This document shows positions 10,442 through 21,837 of a stretch of DNA of 63,561 nucleotides, piece by piece. The notes beneath the pieces were generated by a model. The model worked only from the letters and a program-made list of their open reading frames with translations, did not search any database and was not told the DNA's origin. The translations under genes and the position numbers were made by a program. This stretch comes from Nanobdellati archaeon. GTDB taxonomy: Archaea > EX4484-52 > GLR71. Position 1 is the stretch's first letter, and each line of letters begins with the position of its first letter. Where the stretch lies: positions 77,700 through 141,260 of the forward strand of contig JAHYJR010000004.1 of assembly GCA_019429005.1 (NCBI GenBank). Direction: 5' to 3'.

Positions 10442-11539
10442 TCACTCAATAAATTTACCATCAACTATTACAGGTTTTCCATCCACTTCAAGTAAAGAAC
10501 CTTTAGACATTGTCTTGAAAAAATCCCAATGTATTGTAGACTCATTTTTACCACCAAAAAGGGTATTGTCACCAATAGCAATATGTATAGTCCCTTTAAT
10601 TTTCTCATCAACAATAGTAAGACCGCCTGTTGATTCTGCATTTGGATTTGTACCTATACCAAGCTCACCAATATTAAGCTTATCTCCTGTAGCATTTTTA
10701 ATCACATCTTCAAAAGCATCTTGACCCTTATCAATCTTATACTCTACAACTTTACCATCTTTAAACTTGAACCAAACACCTTCAACTTGCTTTCCATAAT
10801 GCCATAGACTTGGAAGATCAAAATAGATTTCGCCGTTAGCAGAATTCTCAATAGGTGCAAAAAATAATTCGCCATCTGGCATATTTATAAAACCCATCTT
10901 TTCATGTTCCAAAATAGCACAACCATTCATACATTCTCGACCTTTTACGGAAAACTCAAGATTTGTCTTATCTCCAATAATTCGTATATGATTAGCATTT
11001 TTGAATTTTTTTGCTAAAGTTTCATTATATTTATATAACGCCTCATAATCAATATCAAAAGAATTCCAGAAAACCCTTTTAAGTTTTTCAAAAGTAATTC
11101 CTAACGATTTTGCGATATTTTCAGTAGGATACCCCATAAGAAGTATCTTAAGATCTTTTTTTATGAGTCTTTTCTCTTCAAAATCACGTATAGGTTTCAT
11201 TGTTTTTCTCATAACTTGAATTTTATCTTGAGGTAACCTACTAGCAAGAACTGGATTGGATTCATCTATGATTATCTCAACATCCATATCTTTAGATAAA
11301 ATATCATTGAGTTTAGGTTTATCTTTAATATAGTTTACATCTATATACGTATACGTTTTTAATGAAAGTTCACTACTGTTATAAAAAATAGTTGGTTGTG
11401 CACCAATAATTGAACATTCATATGCAAGCATTTGAGCAAATTTAATTGATTCTGGCCCAGAACGTATAACAACAAGATCTTTTCTCTTGACTGAAAGATT
11501 AACGTTTATTATTTTTTTTGCGATTGACTCAAGATTCAT
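10442..11539 (-). CDS. M29 family aminopeptidase (AmpT/AmpS-like)
   Basis: NMPDGELF.AP, GELGIGTN, DEKI.GTIHIAIG, S.IHWD. Confidence 0.9.
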   Translation of the reverse strand: MNLESIAKKIINVNLSVKRKDLVVIRSGPESIKFAQMLAYECSIIGAQPTIFYNSSELSLKTYTYIDVNYIKDKPKLNDILSKDMDVEIIIDESNPVLASRLPQDKIQVMRKTMKPIRDFEEKRLIKKDLKILLMGYPTENIAKSLGITFEKLKRVFWNSFDIDYEALYKYNETLAKKFKNANHIRIIGDKTNLEFSVKGRECMNGCAILEHEKMGFINMPDGELFFAPIENSANGEIYFDLPSLWHYGKQVEGVWFKFKDGKVVEYKIDKGQDAFEDVIKNATGDKLNIGELGIGTNPNAESTGGLTIVDEKIKGTIHIAIGDNTLFGGKNESTIHWDFFKTMSKGSLLEVDGKPVIVDGKFIE

Positions 11540-11637
11540 ATTTAACTACCTCAATAATAAGTCTATAAGAATTATTATGTGCTAGAGTTAATAAAAATAG
11601 TTCAAAGGCGTTTATCTAATTTAATTAAAAAATAAGA

Positions 11638-14600
11638 TTAAACACCAAAAATAGCTCTTAAAGCAGCTCGTTTTATATAAACACCTATAATCAACAATAT
11701 TAAGATTATATTTGTTACGTCCTCTGCATGTTCAGAAAATGAAAATCCTGTTGGAAGTGCATTGATAACAAGTATTTCTGTTGCTAACTTATCACTTGTT
11801 TTACTAAGTGTTGCAATAAATGCAATATTGTAGTTACCAACATCATCAAAAGTATGATTAAAATAGATTATTTCTTTATCCATAACATAAATCTTTTCTT
11901 TTGAAATCAATTCATCATCAATAAATAGCATTACATCAACAAAACCTGCAATATCAACAGATATGCCAACACCCAATTCAGTCTGATGATTTACAATTAT
12001 AACAGATTCTGTAACAATCTTTTCTAGAGTCACACCACCATAGACTATAAACATTTGAGTCTCATTAAAATCTGTACCTGAAACAAGTATCAGAGATTCA
12101 TGTAAGCCTACACTAAGATCTCCGAAATAAGATAACTCAAAACACATATCATTATCTAAATCAGTTACATCAACAAAAATATTGTCAATATATAATTCAA
12201 CACGATTATCATCAGTCAAATTCTCAGTATTTACAAAACATCCTGAAAATGTTATAACATCACCTACAACAACATTTATTGGTATTTTAAATGATGAAAA
12301 TCCTAATAAAATTACGGATTGTGTCTCTAGAGTCTCGTTTGACTCATTTGAATCATCATCAATCCTAGGCCAACTGCCTGAACTATAACTACCACCATTG
12401 CTGCTGCCACAACCGACATGACAAGTTGGACTGTTTATATCAAGAGGATTGCTACCATTTGCGATTTCGGTCCCATCATCTATACCGTCACCATCTGAAT
12501 CTGCAAGATTAGGATTTGTACGATATGGGTTCTCAAGATATTCATAAAGATTAGATAAACCATCGCCATCATTATCATAAGTCGCATCCTTTGGGTCTGT
12601 TGGATTCATATTGTAGGTTATTTCCCAACCATCTGGGATTCCATCATTATCACTGTCAGGATTATTTGGATTTGTTCCAAGAAGATATTCTTCATAATTA
12701 GTAAGACCATCATTATCAGGGTCTTCATCACCATCTAAAATACCATTATTATCAGAATCATTATTATTTGGGTCTAAAATATTTCCAGTCTGGTTGTAAT
12801 GGTTTTCCCAACCAGTTGGAAGTCCATCTCCATCCGGATCAATATCTTGACCTGTTGCAAGCGTTATTGCAGATGTTTCAATAGAACGGTTTATATTATC
12901 AACGTAATCAGAGGCCTCTACAACAAAAAAGTATTTTGTCAATGGATTTAATCCTGTGATATTCACAAGGTTTGTTGCATTTGAAACTACTAAATTTGGT
13001 ACTGAAAAATCCTGTCCACCACTAAAGAGCGAATAATAAATATTATATTTCTCAACATCATCAGACATTGAAAATATCCAATTCAAGCGTATAGTTTCGT
13101 TATCTATCGCAATCGCTACAGGATTACTTGGAGCAAAAGGAATTATTGAATCTAAAATAACGCTATAAGACACACTTATATCAGTCACAACATTTGAAGA
13201 TGTATCAACAACTGTAACATTTATAGTATATACACCAGGAGCACTATTTGCTATGATATCACCTTCCCAAATGTTACCAATAGTATTTGAAAGAAGAACA
13301 CTCTCTGCTTCCACTGAAAATATACCAGAATCATCTGTCACATTAACTGTAACATGAATCGTCTCAAGCGGAGATACAATGGAATCATCAATAGTTATAC
13401 TATTTATAACAGGATAAGTTGCACTCAATGGAATTATAGTTAAGGTCATTGTACTTGATGCGGTTAATATGCTATCATTTGCAATAAATGTAATGTTTTC
13501 ATCGCCAATCCATCCACTCAATGCTGTAAATGTAACGACATTTGTAAATGGATCAATATAGACTGTTGCATGACTTGGTGTTGTTGATGAATAGGATAAC
13601 ACATCACCATCTACATCTGTAAAATAATTATCAAGATCAATTGACGAATCACTTAGACTTTCACCTATGATTAAATTTGGTAAGACTCCTGTTGCAACTG
13701 GAGCATCGTTTATAGAGTTAACCGTAACTGTAAACATATCAGTATCAGTCAGACCGCCCTCATCTGTCACTTCGATTGTCACAATAGATAAACCGTTCCA
13801 ATCCTCAGTAGGATAAACATCAATATTATTATTGGAATCTATTGTCACATTAACGTATAAATCTGTAAATATTATTGAATATCTCAGATTATCATTACTC
13901 GTCTGTGTATCATTTGCATAAGTATTCAAATTAAAAGCATTCTCCTTAAAACCATCTTCATCAAGCTCAACATCTGGAAGTCCGGATATACTTGGAGCTG
14001 TATTAGGTAAAGCAGATATATTTATTGTAATATCTTTTGTTGCTTGGAGAAGCCCGGAATCAGTAAGTACCAATGTTGCGACATCACTACCAATCATTCC
14101 AGATTTTGGTGTAATATTAAGGATATCGCTTGCATTAATTGATGCAGTATAAAGATAAGTATTAACATTATTAATTGTCCAGATTAAAGTTGCAGCAGAA
14201 TCTTCAATATCATATTTGTAGGCTGTTAAATCAAATAAATATGTTGTATCTTGAGTTACAGCAAAATCTGATGGAACACCTGTTATTTCAGGCACATCAT
14301 TTATAGGATTAACAGTTATAATAAAAGATTGTGATGCAGTTAAACCACCTTCATCTGTAACCTTTATTGTTATCGTTGAAAAACCGAACCAATTTAATGC
14401 TGGTTGTATGTCTATATTTTTTGAGGAATCAATAGAGAAACCAACGTTTGTATTTGTGTTTCCGGTAATAGTGTATATCAGATTAACATCAAGAGTCTCT
14501 GTATCTGTTACATAAGAATTAAGATTGAATACATCAAACTTAGGGATGTCTTCATCTGTACTTATATTGGGTATTATGCTTATTGACGGTGGTGTATTTA

Positions 14601-16302
14601 AATGAGTTACATTAACCCTTAAAGTGTCAGAACCGCTTAAACCGTGTGGGTCTGTTGCAGTGAATGTGATGTCTTCAATACCAGTCCAAGATGGTGGTGC
14701 GCTCAAAATTAAAATATGTGTTGTTGGATTTATACTTACACCAACATTTGAATTGCCCGAATATGACCAAGTAAGCGTGCTTTTAGCATCAGTTGAGTCA
14801 AGTACATAATCATCAAGATCTATTGTTGAATCGCTAGTGCTCTGTACTAGGGTTTTATCTGGAAGATCCATTACAGACGGTGCAGTGTTAGTAACTAACA
14901 TTGTAAATTCAATATCTTTACTTTTATCTATAATTTCTACATTACCTGTTTTTGTATCATATGCAGACTTTGATGCTGTATAAGTATAAGTACCACTTTG
15001 GAAACCTGTAAGTGTTAATTGTCCGGATGAATCTGTTACACCTGTTTCTCCATCCATTGTTATAGAGACACCTATTAAACTTGAAGATTCTGTAAATGTC
15101 ACAGAATAAACCGGTTTAGGATCAACTGTTATAAACATAGACAGATAATTTGGTGTATTATCAAGACCTGAACATAATGTTGAATTTGCAAGACCTGTAA
15201 TTGAAATATTATAAGATCCAGCTGTTTCTGGAACCCAATTAAAACCATTATATTCTGCAGTAAAATTATCATTATTTGCATCAGCAAGATATGTTTGTAA
15301 TTCTACAAGAGTGCCACTCTCTTTTTTAATATCATAGGTTATCGCTGTTGGTATTGGTGTTAATACATAATTTGAATCATCATATTGATAATTATTAGCA
15401 TAATTAGAGATTTTTGAAAAATTAAATATCTGTTGAAATCCCACAATAGGGTATGGATTTACAATTGTAAGATCATTTAAAATAGTATAACATTCATTTC
15501 TTGGAAGTCGCGGTAACACGGAAAAAATATCTGTTGCACTTTGAGCGATACTATTTATACAAACATCATCAATTACGTTTGTAGTAATTGTTGCGGTATA
15601 TGTGCCATCTGTAGTTGGAGTCCATGTGAATTCAACATCTTGTGCTGTATCCATATATAATGGCGGTCCATCATCACCACTAGATTTTGTATAATATTTA
15701 TTAGATGTATACACTAAGGATGTTCCTTTCTTTATTTCAAGCTTAACATGTATATCTGAAGAATAATAATCATCTTTAAGGGAATCTGGTGTAAAACCTA
15801 CACCTGTATCTGCATCTTGAAATGCACTGTAAGTTGTTGCATCAAGACTTGATTGTGTGTTTATAACAATAGGTACTTCTGCATGTTCATCATTTGTTAC
15901 AGTAAATGAATCCACTGTCGATGAACAATCTGAAAGTTGATATAATGTTTTTGATATAGTTCCACTACATTGTGTTCCGCCACCAGAACATTGATTAAAC
16001 ACCTTATATTCTAAAGGAACTTGACCTGGACTTGTAAAAAATATAGCATACCCGAATGTAGTTGTAAGCTGTGCAGGGTATTTTATAATCAATTGTCCAT
16101 TTGTTGTTGAATAGGATGGTATGATTCCTGAAAAAGCATTATGATTAATACAACTAGCCTCTAGACAATCATATGCTAAGACATTTACATTATTTTGGTT
16201 AAATGTATAAGTAACATCTGCAGTAGCAGACACAAGACCTGAAAAACAATATAAAATACTTATAATTACAAATAATACTTTAGGAAATCTATTAAAACTC
16301 AT
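11638..16302 (-). CDS. large cell-surface protein with Ig/cadherin-like (tandem-95) repeats, FnIII and TSP3-like Ca-binding repeats
   Basis: signal peptide; repeated NTAP/NDAP...V.D.GG.T...F...V units; DxDxDG loops; C-terminal PTG + TM + basic tail. Confidence 0.8.
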   Translation of the reverse strand: MSFNRFPKVLFVIISILYCFSGLVSATADVTYTFNQNNVNVLAYDCLEASCINHNAFSGIIPSYSTTNGQLIIKYPAQLTTTFGYAIFFTSPGQVPLEYKVFNQCSGGGTQCSGTISKTLYQLSDCSSTVDSFTVTNDEHAEVPIVINTQSSLDATTYSAFQDADTGVGFTPDSLKDDYYSSDIHVKLEIKKGTSLVYTSNKYYTKSSGDDGPPLYMDTAQDVEFTWTPTTDGTYTATITTNVIDDVCINSIAQSATDIFSVLPRLPRNECYTILNDLTIVNPYPIVGFQQIFNFSKISNYANNYQYDDSNYVLTPIPTAITYDIKKESGTLVELQTYLADANNDNFTAEYNGFNWVPETAGSYNISITGLANSTLCSGLDNTPNYLSMFITVDPKPVYSVTFTESSSLIGVSITMDGETGVTDSSGQLTLTGFQSGTYTYTASKSAYDTKTGNVEIIDKSKDIEFTMLVTNTAPSVMDLPDKTLVQSTSDSTIDLDDYVLDSTDAKSTLTWSYSGNSNVGVSINPTTHILILSAPPSWTGIEDITFTATDPHGLSGSDTLRVNVTHLNTPPSISIIPNISTDEDIPKFDVFNLNSYVTDTETLDVNLIYTITGNTNTNVGFSIDSSKNIDIQPALNWFGFSTITIKVTDEGGLTASQSFIITVNPINDVPEITGVPSDFAVTQDTTYLFDLTAYKYDIEDSAATLIWTINNVNTYLYTASINASDILNITPKSGMIGSDVATLVLTDSGLLQATKDITINISALPNTAPSISGLPDVELDEDGFKENAFNLNTYANDTQTSNDNLRYSIIFTDLYVNVTIDSNNNIDVYPTEDWNGLSIVTIEVTDEGGLTDTDMFTVTVNSINDAPVATGVLPNLIIGESLSDSSIDLDNYFTDVDGDVLSYSSTTPSHATVYIDPFTNVVTFTALSGWIGDENITFIANDSILTASSTMTLTIIPLSATYPVINSITIDDSIVSPLETIHVTVNVTDDSGIFSVEAESVLLSNTIGNIWEGDIIANSAPGVYTINVTVVDTSSNVVTDISVSYSVILDSIIPFAPSNPVAIAIDNETIRLNWIFSMSDDVEKYNIYYSLFSGGQDFSVPNLVVSNATNLVNITGLNPLTKYFFVVEASDYVDNINRSIETSAITLATGQDIDPDGDGLPTGWENHYNQTGNILDPNNNDSDNNGILDGDEDPDNDGLTNYEEYLLGTNPNNPDSDNDGIPDGWEITYNMNPTDPKDATYDNDGDGLSNLYEYLENPYRTNPNLADSDGDGIDDGTEIANGSNPLDINSPTCHVGCGSSNGGSYSSGSWPRIDDDSNESNETLETQSVILLGFSSFKIPINVVVGDVITFSGCFVNTENLTDDNRVELYIDNIFVDVTDLDNDMCFELSYFGDLSVGLHESLILVSGTDFNETQMFIVYGGVTLEKIVTESVIIVNHQTELGVGISVDIAGFVDVMLFIDDELISKEKIYVMDKEIIYFNHTFDDVGNYNIAFIATLSKTSDKLATEILVINALPTGFSFSEHAEDVTNIILILLIIGVYIKRAALRAIFGV

Positions 16303-18182
16303 TTTATACCACCACCACCATCTTCATCAATGATTATATCACTATCATCACCTGAAGATGCTGTATTACTATTACCATTATTTTTAAAACTTTCAACCAC
16401 AAGATTAAAATCATAATCAGATACGCTAGAGTCACCTAAAAGAATTAAACCCTTATAATCAGAATAAATTTTATCTATATCAACACCTTCAGGTGTTGTT
16501 ATTGACCAGTCACGCATATGAGGATTTGTTATAGATTCAGAAAATAAATAACTACTACCTGTTGAAACACTTTTTTTGATATTGGATTGAACAAGATTTA
16601 AAGGAATATGATTTTCAGATAAAATAGCCCAATCAAGATCCGTTCCAGCAGTAATCTTAAATGCATAAATACCAGATGTAACATTTTCTATCTTTTTACT
16701 GATATTGACCTCATCAACAGTATTAAAAGGTAATGTATAAACAGAAAAACCATCAAAATCAAAATTGTTATATTCATTACAAGTTATATTTACGCTTTTT
16801 TGATCAAAAGGTCTGAAGTATTTTGGAAATCTACTTGTTGAAACAGAATTGATTATCTTTGATAACTCTAGACTTGAAGTATCTGTAAAACCACGTTTTT
16901 TGAAACCATTTATCACATTTTCAACCATAAAATCGGATGATAATGGAAACTGTGTAAAGAAATCCCCACCTATATAAGGTGTATCTTTAAATATATTATC
17001 AAGTTCTGGATCGTATGTGTCTACATTAGGTTCTGATTCTTGAACAACAGGTTTAACTTTTTCTTTAATTGATTTGGATATTAAAGACTCGTCAATAAAA
17101 GTTATTCCACCTTCGCTATCTTTGACCCAACCCTTTAAAACATAATTTTCTGGAGGTAGGTTAAGATTTAAAATTGTGCCTTCATCTGAGTCCTCAAAAT
17201 CAGAGATATCATAATTTATTGGTTCACCTTCAAAATTATTAACAGGTTTTCCGTCAGAATCAATAAGTTGAATTGAAGCATCAACAATATCATCACTAAA
17301 ACCTATAGGTATTCCCCAAAGAGTTTCTCCCTCATCTGTAACTGTTAATTTATATGAATCCATACCAATTTTGTTATTAGAATCAAGACTATCTAAATTA
17401 ACAATTGGATTGTTATTTATACCTAAAATAGAATTACCAATACCCGAAACAGCATTTAATGTTAAACCAGCAAAAAGTACTGCTAAACCTTTTCTTTTAA
17501 ATTCGCTACGAATATCTTTTGCATTAAAATAATCTTCAGCAATTTTTAGAGTTTCTTCATCTTTAAAATATAAATTTAATAGTTCGCTCGGATCTGTAAA
17601 AGCAGATTCTATAAGAGCATCAAAAGATTCCTTATATTCGCTAGAAGTCTCAAGCATTGAATCATGACGTGAAATTGGCTTTTTTGAATTATACAATTCA
17701 GCTATAAAACCAGGTGCTTTTTTTATTTTTTGAATACTTTTTAGAATTTCAATAGATGCATCAATCAGACCATATGCACCATATTTACAAAGATCTTTTG
17801 TATCTGATAAGATTTCTTTAAGTGGAATAGTTGGTTCAGAATGTATTTCCAAAATTGTGTCAGATAATTTATTAAAATCCTCTTTTGTAAGATATCTTGA
17901 AAAATATTTATTTTCAATAAATGCATCATTTAAAATCTTATAATCTTCAGGAGTGCCTGTCCAAGTTCCATCTCCAAAACTTTTACCATTAAGTTTTATT
18001 TCGCCTTGATTTACTGAAATTATAAGATCTGTAGCCAATTTATTCAAATAATTATCTTTTTGCTTATCGAACCCAAGAGAATCTAGGAAATATAATACAA
18101 AATCATCAGAAAAATAGCTATTTAGTTTAATATTTTTAATACCTGGTTCTACAGATTCATTATCAATATCATTAAATTGCAT
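16299..18182 (-). CDS. hypothetical single-pass membrane protein
   Basis: central hydrophobic segment GLAVLFAGLTLNAVSGIG; stop overlaps the next start (ATGA); ATG at 18182 chosen. Confidence 0.6.
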   Translation of the reverse strand: MQFNDIDNESVEPGIKNIKLNSYFSDDFVLYFLDSLGFDKQKDNYLNKLATDLIISVNQGEIKLNGKSFGDGTWTGTPEDYKILNDAFIENKYFSRYLTKEDFNKLSDTILEIHSEPTIPLKEILSDTKDLCKYGAYGLIDASIEILKSIQKIKKAPGFIAELYNSKKPISRHDSMLETSSEYKESFDALIESAFTDPSELLNLYFKDEETLKIAEDYFNAKDIRSEFKRKGLAVLFAGLTLNAVSGIGNSILGINNNPIVNLDSLDSNNKIGMDSYKLTVTDEGETLWGIPIGFSDDIVDASIQLIDSDGKPVNNFEGEPINYDISDFEDSDEGTILNLNLPPENYVLKGWVKDSEGGITFIDESLISKSIKEKVKPVVQESEPNVDTYDPELDNIFKDTPYIGGDFFTQFPLSSDFMVENVINGFKKRGFTDTSSLELSKIINSVSTSRFPKYFRPFDQKSVNITCNEYNNFDFDGFSVYTLPFNTVDEVNISKKIENVTSGIYAFKITAGTDLDWAILSENHIPLNLVQSNIKKSVSTGSSYLFSESITNPHMRDWSITTPEGVDIDKIYSDYKGLILLGDSSVSDYDFNLVVESFKNNGNSNTASSGDDSDIIIDEDGGGGIK

Positions 18183-18369
18183 TTTATACCACCAATATAA
18201 CATTAAAAAATATATTACTTAACTATTCTTTAGGAATAAATCTTTATATTAGTATTGCTAAATAGTAACAAACATGTAAAAACTTTATAATTATACATAA
18301 AAATAACTTTAAAGTTGATTTTAATACAAAACAAAATTAAAAAATCTGCTGTTTTAAGCAAATTATAAT

Positions 18370-20253
18370 TTACATATTATCTACAACAGAAATACCAAGG
18401 ATATTAAGCATATTATCGAGAACAGTCTTTGAAGCTTCAACAAGAGCAATTCTTGTATTGACTTCAGCTTTTTCAGCTTTCAATACAGGTACATTGTTAT
18501 AGAATGAATTGAAAAGTGTAGCTACATTGAATGCATATGTTGCAGCAATAGTTGTATCTTTCATATAAGCTGATTTTTTGATTGTTTCTGGCATCTTTGC
18601 CATCTCAAAAATTAGCTGATGCTCTTCTTTTTTAACAAAGGGTACATCAAGATTAGATTTAATCTTTTTAACTCGTTTAAGTATACTTGAACATCGAACG
18701 GATGCATATTGAAGGTAAGGACCAGTATTTCCTTCAAAACTCAAAGCATCTTCCCACCTAAATGTAATCTTTTTAAAAGCAGATGTTTTCAAAAGAATAT
18801 ATCTTACTGCACCGATACCTATAGCTTCTGCAAGTTTAGTTTTTTCGGAATCAGATAAAACAGATTTATCCCGTTTCTCAATCTCAACAAGTGCACGTTT
18901 AGTTGCCTCGTCAAGAATATCATCAGTTGAAAAACCTACCCATGTACCCTTTCTGCCTGAAAATTTGCCTTCAGGTAACCAGACATGTTCATACGCAATA
19001 TGTATATAATTCTTGAAATGAGGATACCCTAACACTTTCAGTGCTATACGCACAGCTTCCTGCGGATATGCTTGTTCTGCACCTATAACATTTACAACAA
19101 TATCACCATGACCAAAATCAGATGACTTTTTACCATTGTTATTTGTTGTCCAGAGATCTTGTTTATTTGGTTGTTTCATTGTTTTTAGATATTTCAGATT
19201 TTTCTTTAAAAGACCAAACTTCCAAAGATGGAATGCTATATCTTTTCCAGTATAAGTTGCAGTACCATTTGACCTAAACAGTACCTTATCTGAAGAATAC
19301 ATACCTTCCATTGATTTCTCTTTGTCAAGCTTCAAAACTATACAATCCTTGTTTGGACCTTCTCTCTCTTTAATTACACTTTTTGATTCTAATAAAATAG
19401 TTGTTGCTTCTTCAAGAAGTTTTGACTGAACAATATCACTTTCCCATGTCAAAAGATTATAAAATATACCCATACGGAATGCGGTTTGTAATTGAGCAAA
19501 AACACATTTTTCAGTAAGATCCCTTGCAAGAACACTTGTCTTATTGCCACCCTCTTCCATATCTTTGATTATGGTTTCAATATCAGTCTCAAGAGACTTA
19601 TCAGCTTCAAGCTCCTTGTTAATTTCAACATACCGTAACCCGGTCCAATGATCAAACTTCAGATTTTTATCATTTAAAGACTTAAATTTAATATTGTCAA
19701 GAACACTTATTGCAACCTGACGTCCAAGGTCATCAATATAATTTTGAACCTCAACATCATATCCTGCAGCCCTCATAATTCTTGCTAAAGTATCACCCAG
19801 AACAGCATTTCTTGCATGACCAAAATGCCATGGTTTGTTTGGATTAACTGATGTATGTTCAATTATAACTTTTGTTTTCTTACTAGTTTTTATTGAACCA
19901 TATTCATTTCCACGCTTAGAAATATCTTTGATAACAGCTTTTGAAAAGTTATCAAAATTTATAAAAATATTTATATACCCGTTACCTGCGACTTCAATGC
20001 CTTTTATGAAACTATCTTTATCAAATACAATATTATTAGATATAGTATTGGCTATCTCTCTTGGAGCTTTCTTAAGCTTTTTTGCTAAGTCAAAACAGAT
20101 TGTGCAAGCATAAGAACCAAATGCGTAATCAGGTGTCTCTTCGATTGAATCTTTTATTATGGTTTCCGAAATATCATTGATATCCAGTTTCTTTAGACTT
20201 TCATGGATTGTACTTACAATCTGTTTTTTAAGAATCATAAGTGGATATACCAT
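18370..20253 (-). CDS. argS: arginine--tRNA ligase
   Basis: EHTSVNPNKPWHFGHARN HIGH region, FSGRKG, FEGNTGPYLQYA.VR. Confidence 0.97.
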   Translation of the reverse strand: MVYPLMILKKQIVSTIHESLKKLDINDISETIIKDSIEETPDYAFGSYACTICFDLAKKLKKAPREIANTISNNIVFDKDSFIKGIEVAGNGYINIFINFDNFSKAVIKDISKRGNEYGSIKTSKKTKVIIEHTSVNPNKPWHFGHARNAVLGDTLARIMRAAGYDVEVQNYIDDLGRQVAISVLDNIKFKSLNDKNLKFDHWTGLRYVEINKELEADKSLETDIETIIKDMEEGGNKTSVLARDLTEKCVFAQLQTAFRMGIFYNLLTWESDIVQSKLLEEATTILLESKSVIKEREGPNKDCIVLKLDKEKSMEGMYSSDKVLFRSNGTATYTGKDIAFHLWKFGLLKKNLKYLKTMKQPNKQDLWTTNNNGKKSSDFGHGDIVVNVIGAEQAYPQEAVRIALKVLGYPHFKNYIHIAYEHVWLPEGKFSGRKGTWVGFSTDDILDEATKRALVEIEKRDKSVLSDSEKTKLAEAIGIGAVRYILLKTSAFKKITFRWEDALSFEGNTGPYLQYASVRCSSILKRVKKIKSNLDVPFVKKEEHQLIFEMAKMPETIKKSAYMKDTTIAATYAFNVATLFNSFYNNVPVLKAEKAEVNTRIALVEASKTVLDNMLNILGISVVDNM

Positions 20254-20451
20254 AAAATCACATAATATTTAAAAATAGGGTTTATAACATTACTTTTATT
20301 TACCTTGAAGATTTATAAGTTTATTAGGGGGTGGGGTTGTTTGAGATGTCTATTTTTCAGGGGTTGTATTTTTAGTATTTAGATAAAAAATATACTAGCA
20401 ATTGAATAATACCGTATAAAATGCCAAAATAACAGTATTATAGGGATAACA

Positions 20452-20476
20452 TTCTGTATAATAACTTGTTATCTGT
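20452..20476 (+). other. attI-like recombination site at the head of the cassette array
   Basis: GTATAAT-aactt-GTTATCTGT (L-like box, 5-bp spacer, core). The core 20468-20476 is the exact reverse complement of ACAGATAAC in the first attC-like site; no long hairpin. Confidence 0.6.
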
Positions 20477-20549
20477 AATTCAGAAATCAGCCTTAGAATT
20501 TTCGAAGAGGGGCAAATCTTATAAAGTAACAAGTTTATCTAATTTTATT

Positions 20550-21401
20550 ATGAAAGCAACCCAACTATACCAACACCTTGAGAAAGATTTTATCACTCCA
20601 GAAATGAATGATGGATGGGCGCAGTATATGGATTCTGTTGCTGATTTTCTTAGTGAGAACTTTAAGAAAAGATCTATGGGATTAGTTTGCGATTTTGCAA
20701 CAGAAATCAATAAAATATATACTGCTGTTTTTCCATCAAGAGAAGTTATGCAAAGAATTTTAGATGATGGAACTCAAGATGCAATGCTTTTTGTTCATCA
20801 CCCATCGATATGGGATATAAGAAAAGCTCCAGAAGTTTTTCAGCAAATGGACAGAGATTTATTACAACAATTTAGAGATAGAAAAATCTCTATTTATAAC
20901 CTTCATGTGCCTTTAGATAATTTTGGAGAATATTCAACAAGTGTAACTTTAGCAAAAGCATTAGGGATAAAACCTGAAAAATCTTTTGCTCCTTACTTTG
21001 GCTCTATGTGTGGAGTTTTTGGAAAAACTGATGTGGTAACAGTTCAAGATTTAAGAAAAAGATTCCAAGATGCTGTTGGACACGAAGTTAATTTGTATAA
21101 TTATGGAGATAATGAAATCAAAGATAGAACTGTTGCTGTTATTGCTGGTGGCGGAAACGATGCAGATATGCTTGAAGAAATCGCCAAAGCAGGAGTTAAT
21201 ACTTTTGTAACTGGAATTACTGTTAAAAATGATCACTCCAAAAAGGCACATGATTTTGCTGAAAAACATAGAATAAATGTCCTTGGCGGAACTCATTATT
21301 CTACTGAAAGATTTGCTTGTATATCGATGGTTGATTATTTTAAGAAAGTTGGGTTACCTTCTGAGTTTATTGAAGATAAACCTGTAATGGAAGATATGTA
21401 A
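20550..21401 (+). CDS. NIF3/YbgI-like dinuclear metal protein (cassette 1)
   Basis: LFVHHP, HVPLD, AVIAGGG, FVTG, GTHYSTE; TATA-like CTTATAAA about 25 bp upstream of ATG 20550. Confidence 0.85.
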   Translation: MKATQLYQHLEKDFITPEMNDGWAQYMDSVADFLSENFKKRSMGLVCDFATEINKIYTAVFPSREVMQRILDDGTQDAMLFVHHPSIWDIRKAPEVFQQMDRDLLQQFRDRKISIYNLHVPLDNFGEYSTSVTLAKALGIKPEKSFAPYFGSMCGVFGKTDVVTVQDLRKRFQDAVGHEVNLYNYGDNEIKDRTVAVIAGGGNDADMLEEIAKAGVNTFVTGITVKNDHSKKAHDFAEKHRINVLGGTHYSTERFACISMVDYFKKVGLPSEFIEDKPVMEDM

Positions 21402-21520
21402 GATTTGCCCCTTTAATTCTTTTATTTTATGTATCGCTTCGCTCTTGGACGGCTGATTTCTGAACTCAAAATCCTTCGGATTTTGCCACGCTGCGCTCTC
21501 CTCTTTTCAGTCGTCGGGAC

Positions 21521-21612
21521 AGATAACAGGGCTTAAACGGAAAATGCCTCAGCTCGGCATTTTCCCAAATTTCTCCCTGCGGTCGCAACTTCGTTTAAGC
21601 CCAATGTTATAC
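21521..21612 (+). repeat. attC-like site 1
   Basis: AGATAACA-GGGCTTAAACG ... CGTTTAAGCCC-AA-TGTTATAC imperfect inverted repeat, 92 bp. Confidence 0.8.
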
Positions 21613-21837
21613 GCAATTAAATTTTCACTAGTCTAAATCTCATTTTTCTTTTAAAAAAAGAAACAAAAGAGAGGGAGTCCAGGTGCTACGCACATATTGC
21701 CTTTTACTTCGTAAAAGAAATCTATTAAGAGGGGGCTTTTAAGATAGTCTTTTTCTACGAAAAAGAAATTTTTCGGAATAGCTTTAGAAAACTTATTAAA
21801 TGTGAACCTTTTTATACTTAATATGGGAAGTTTAATT

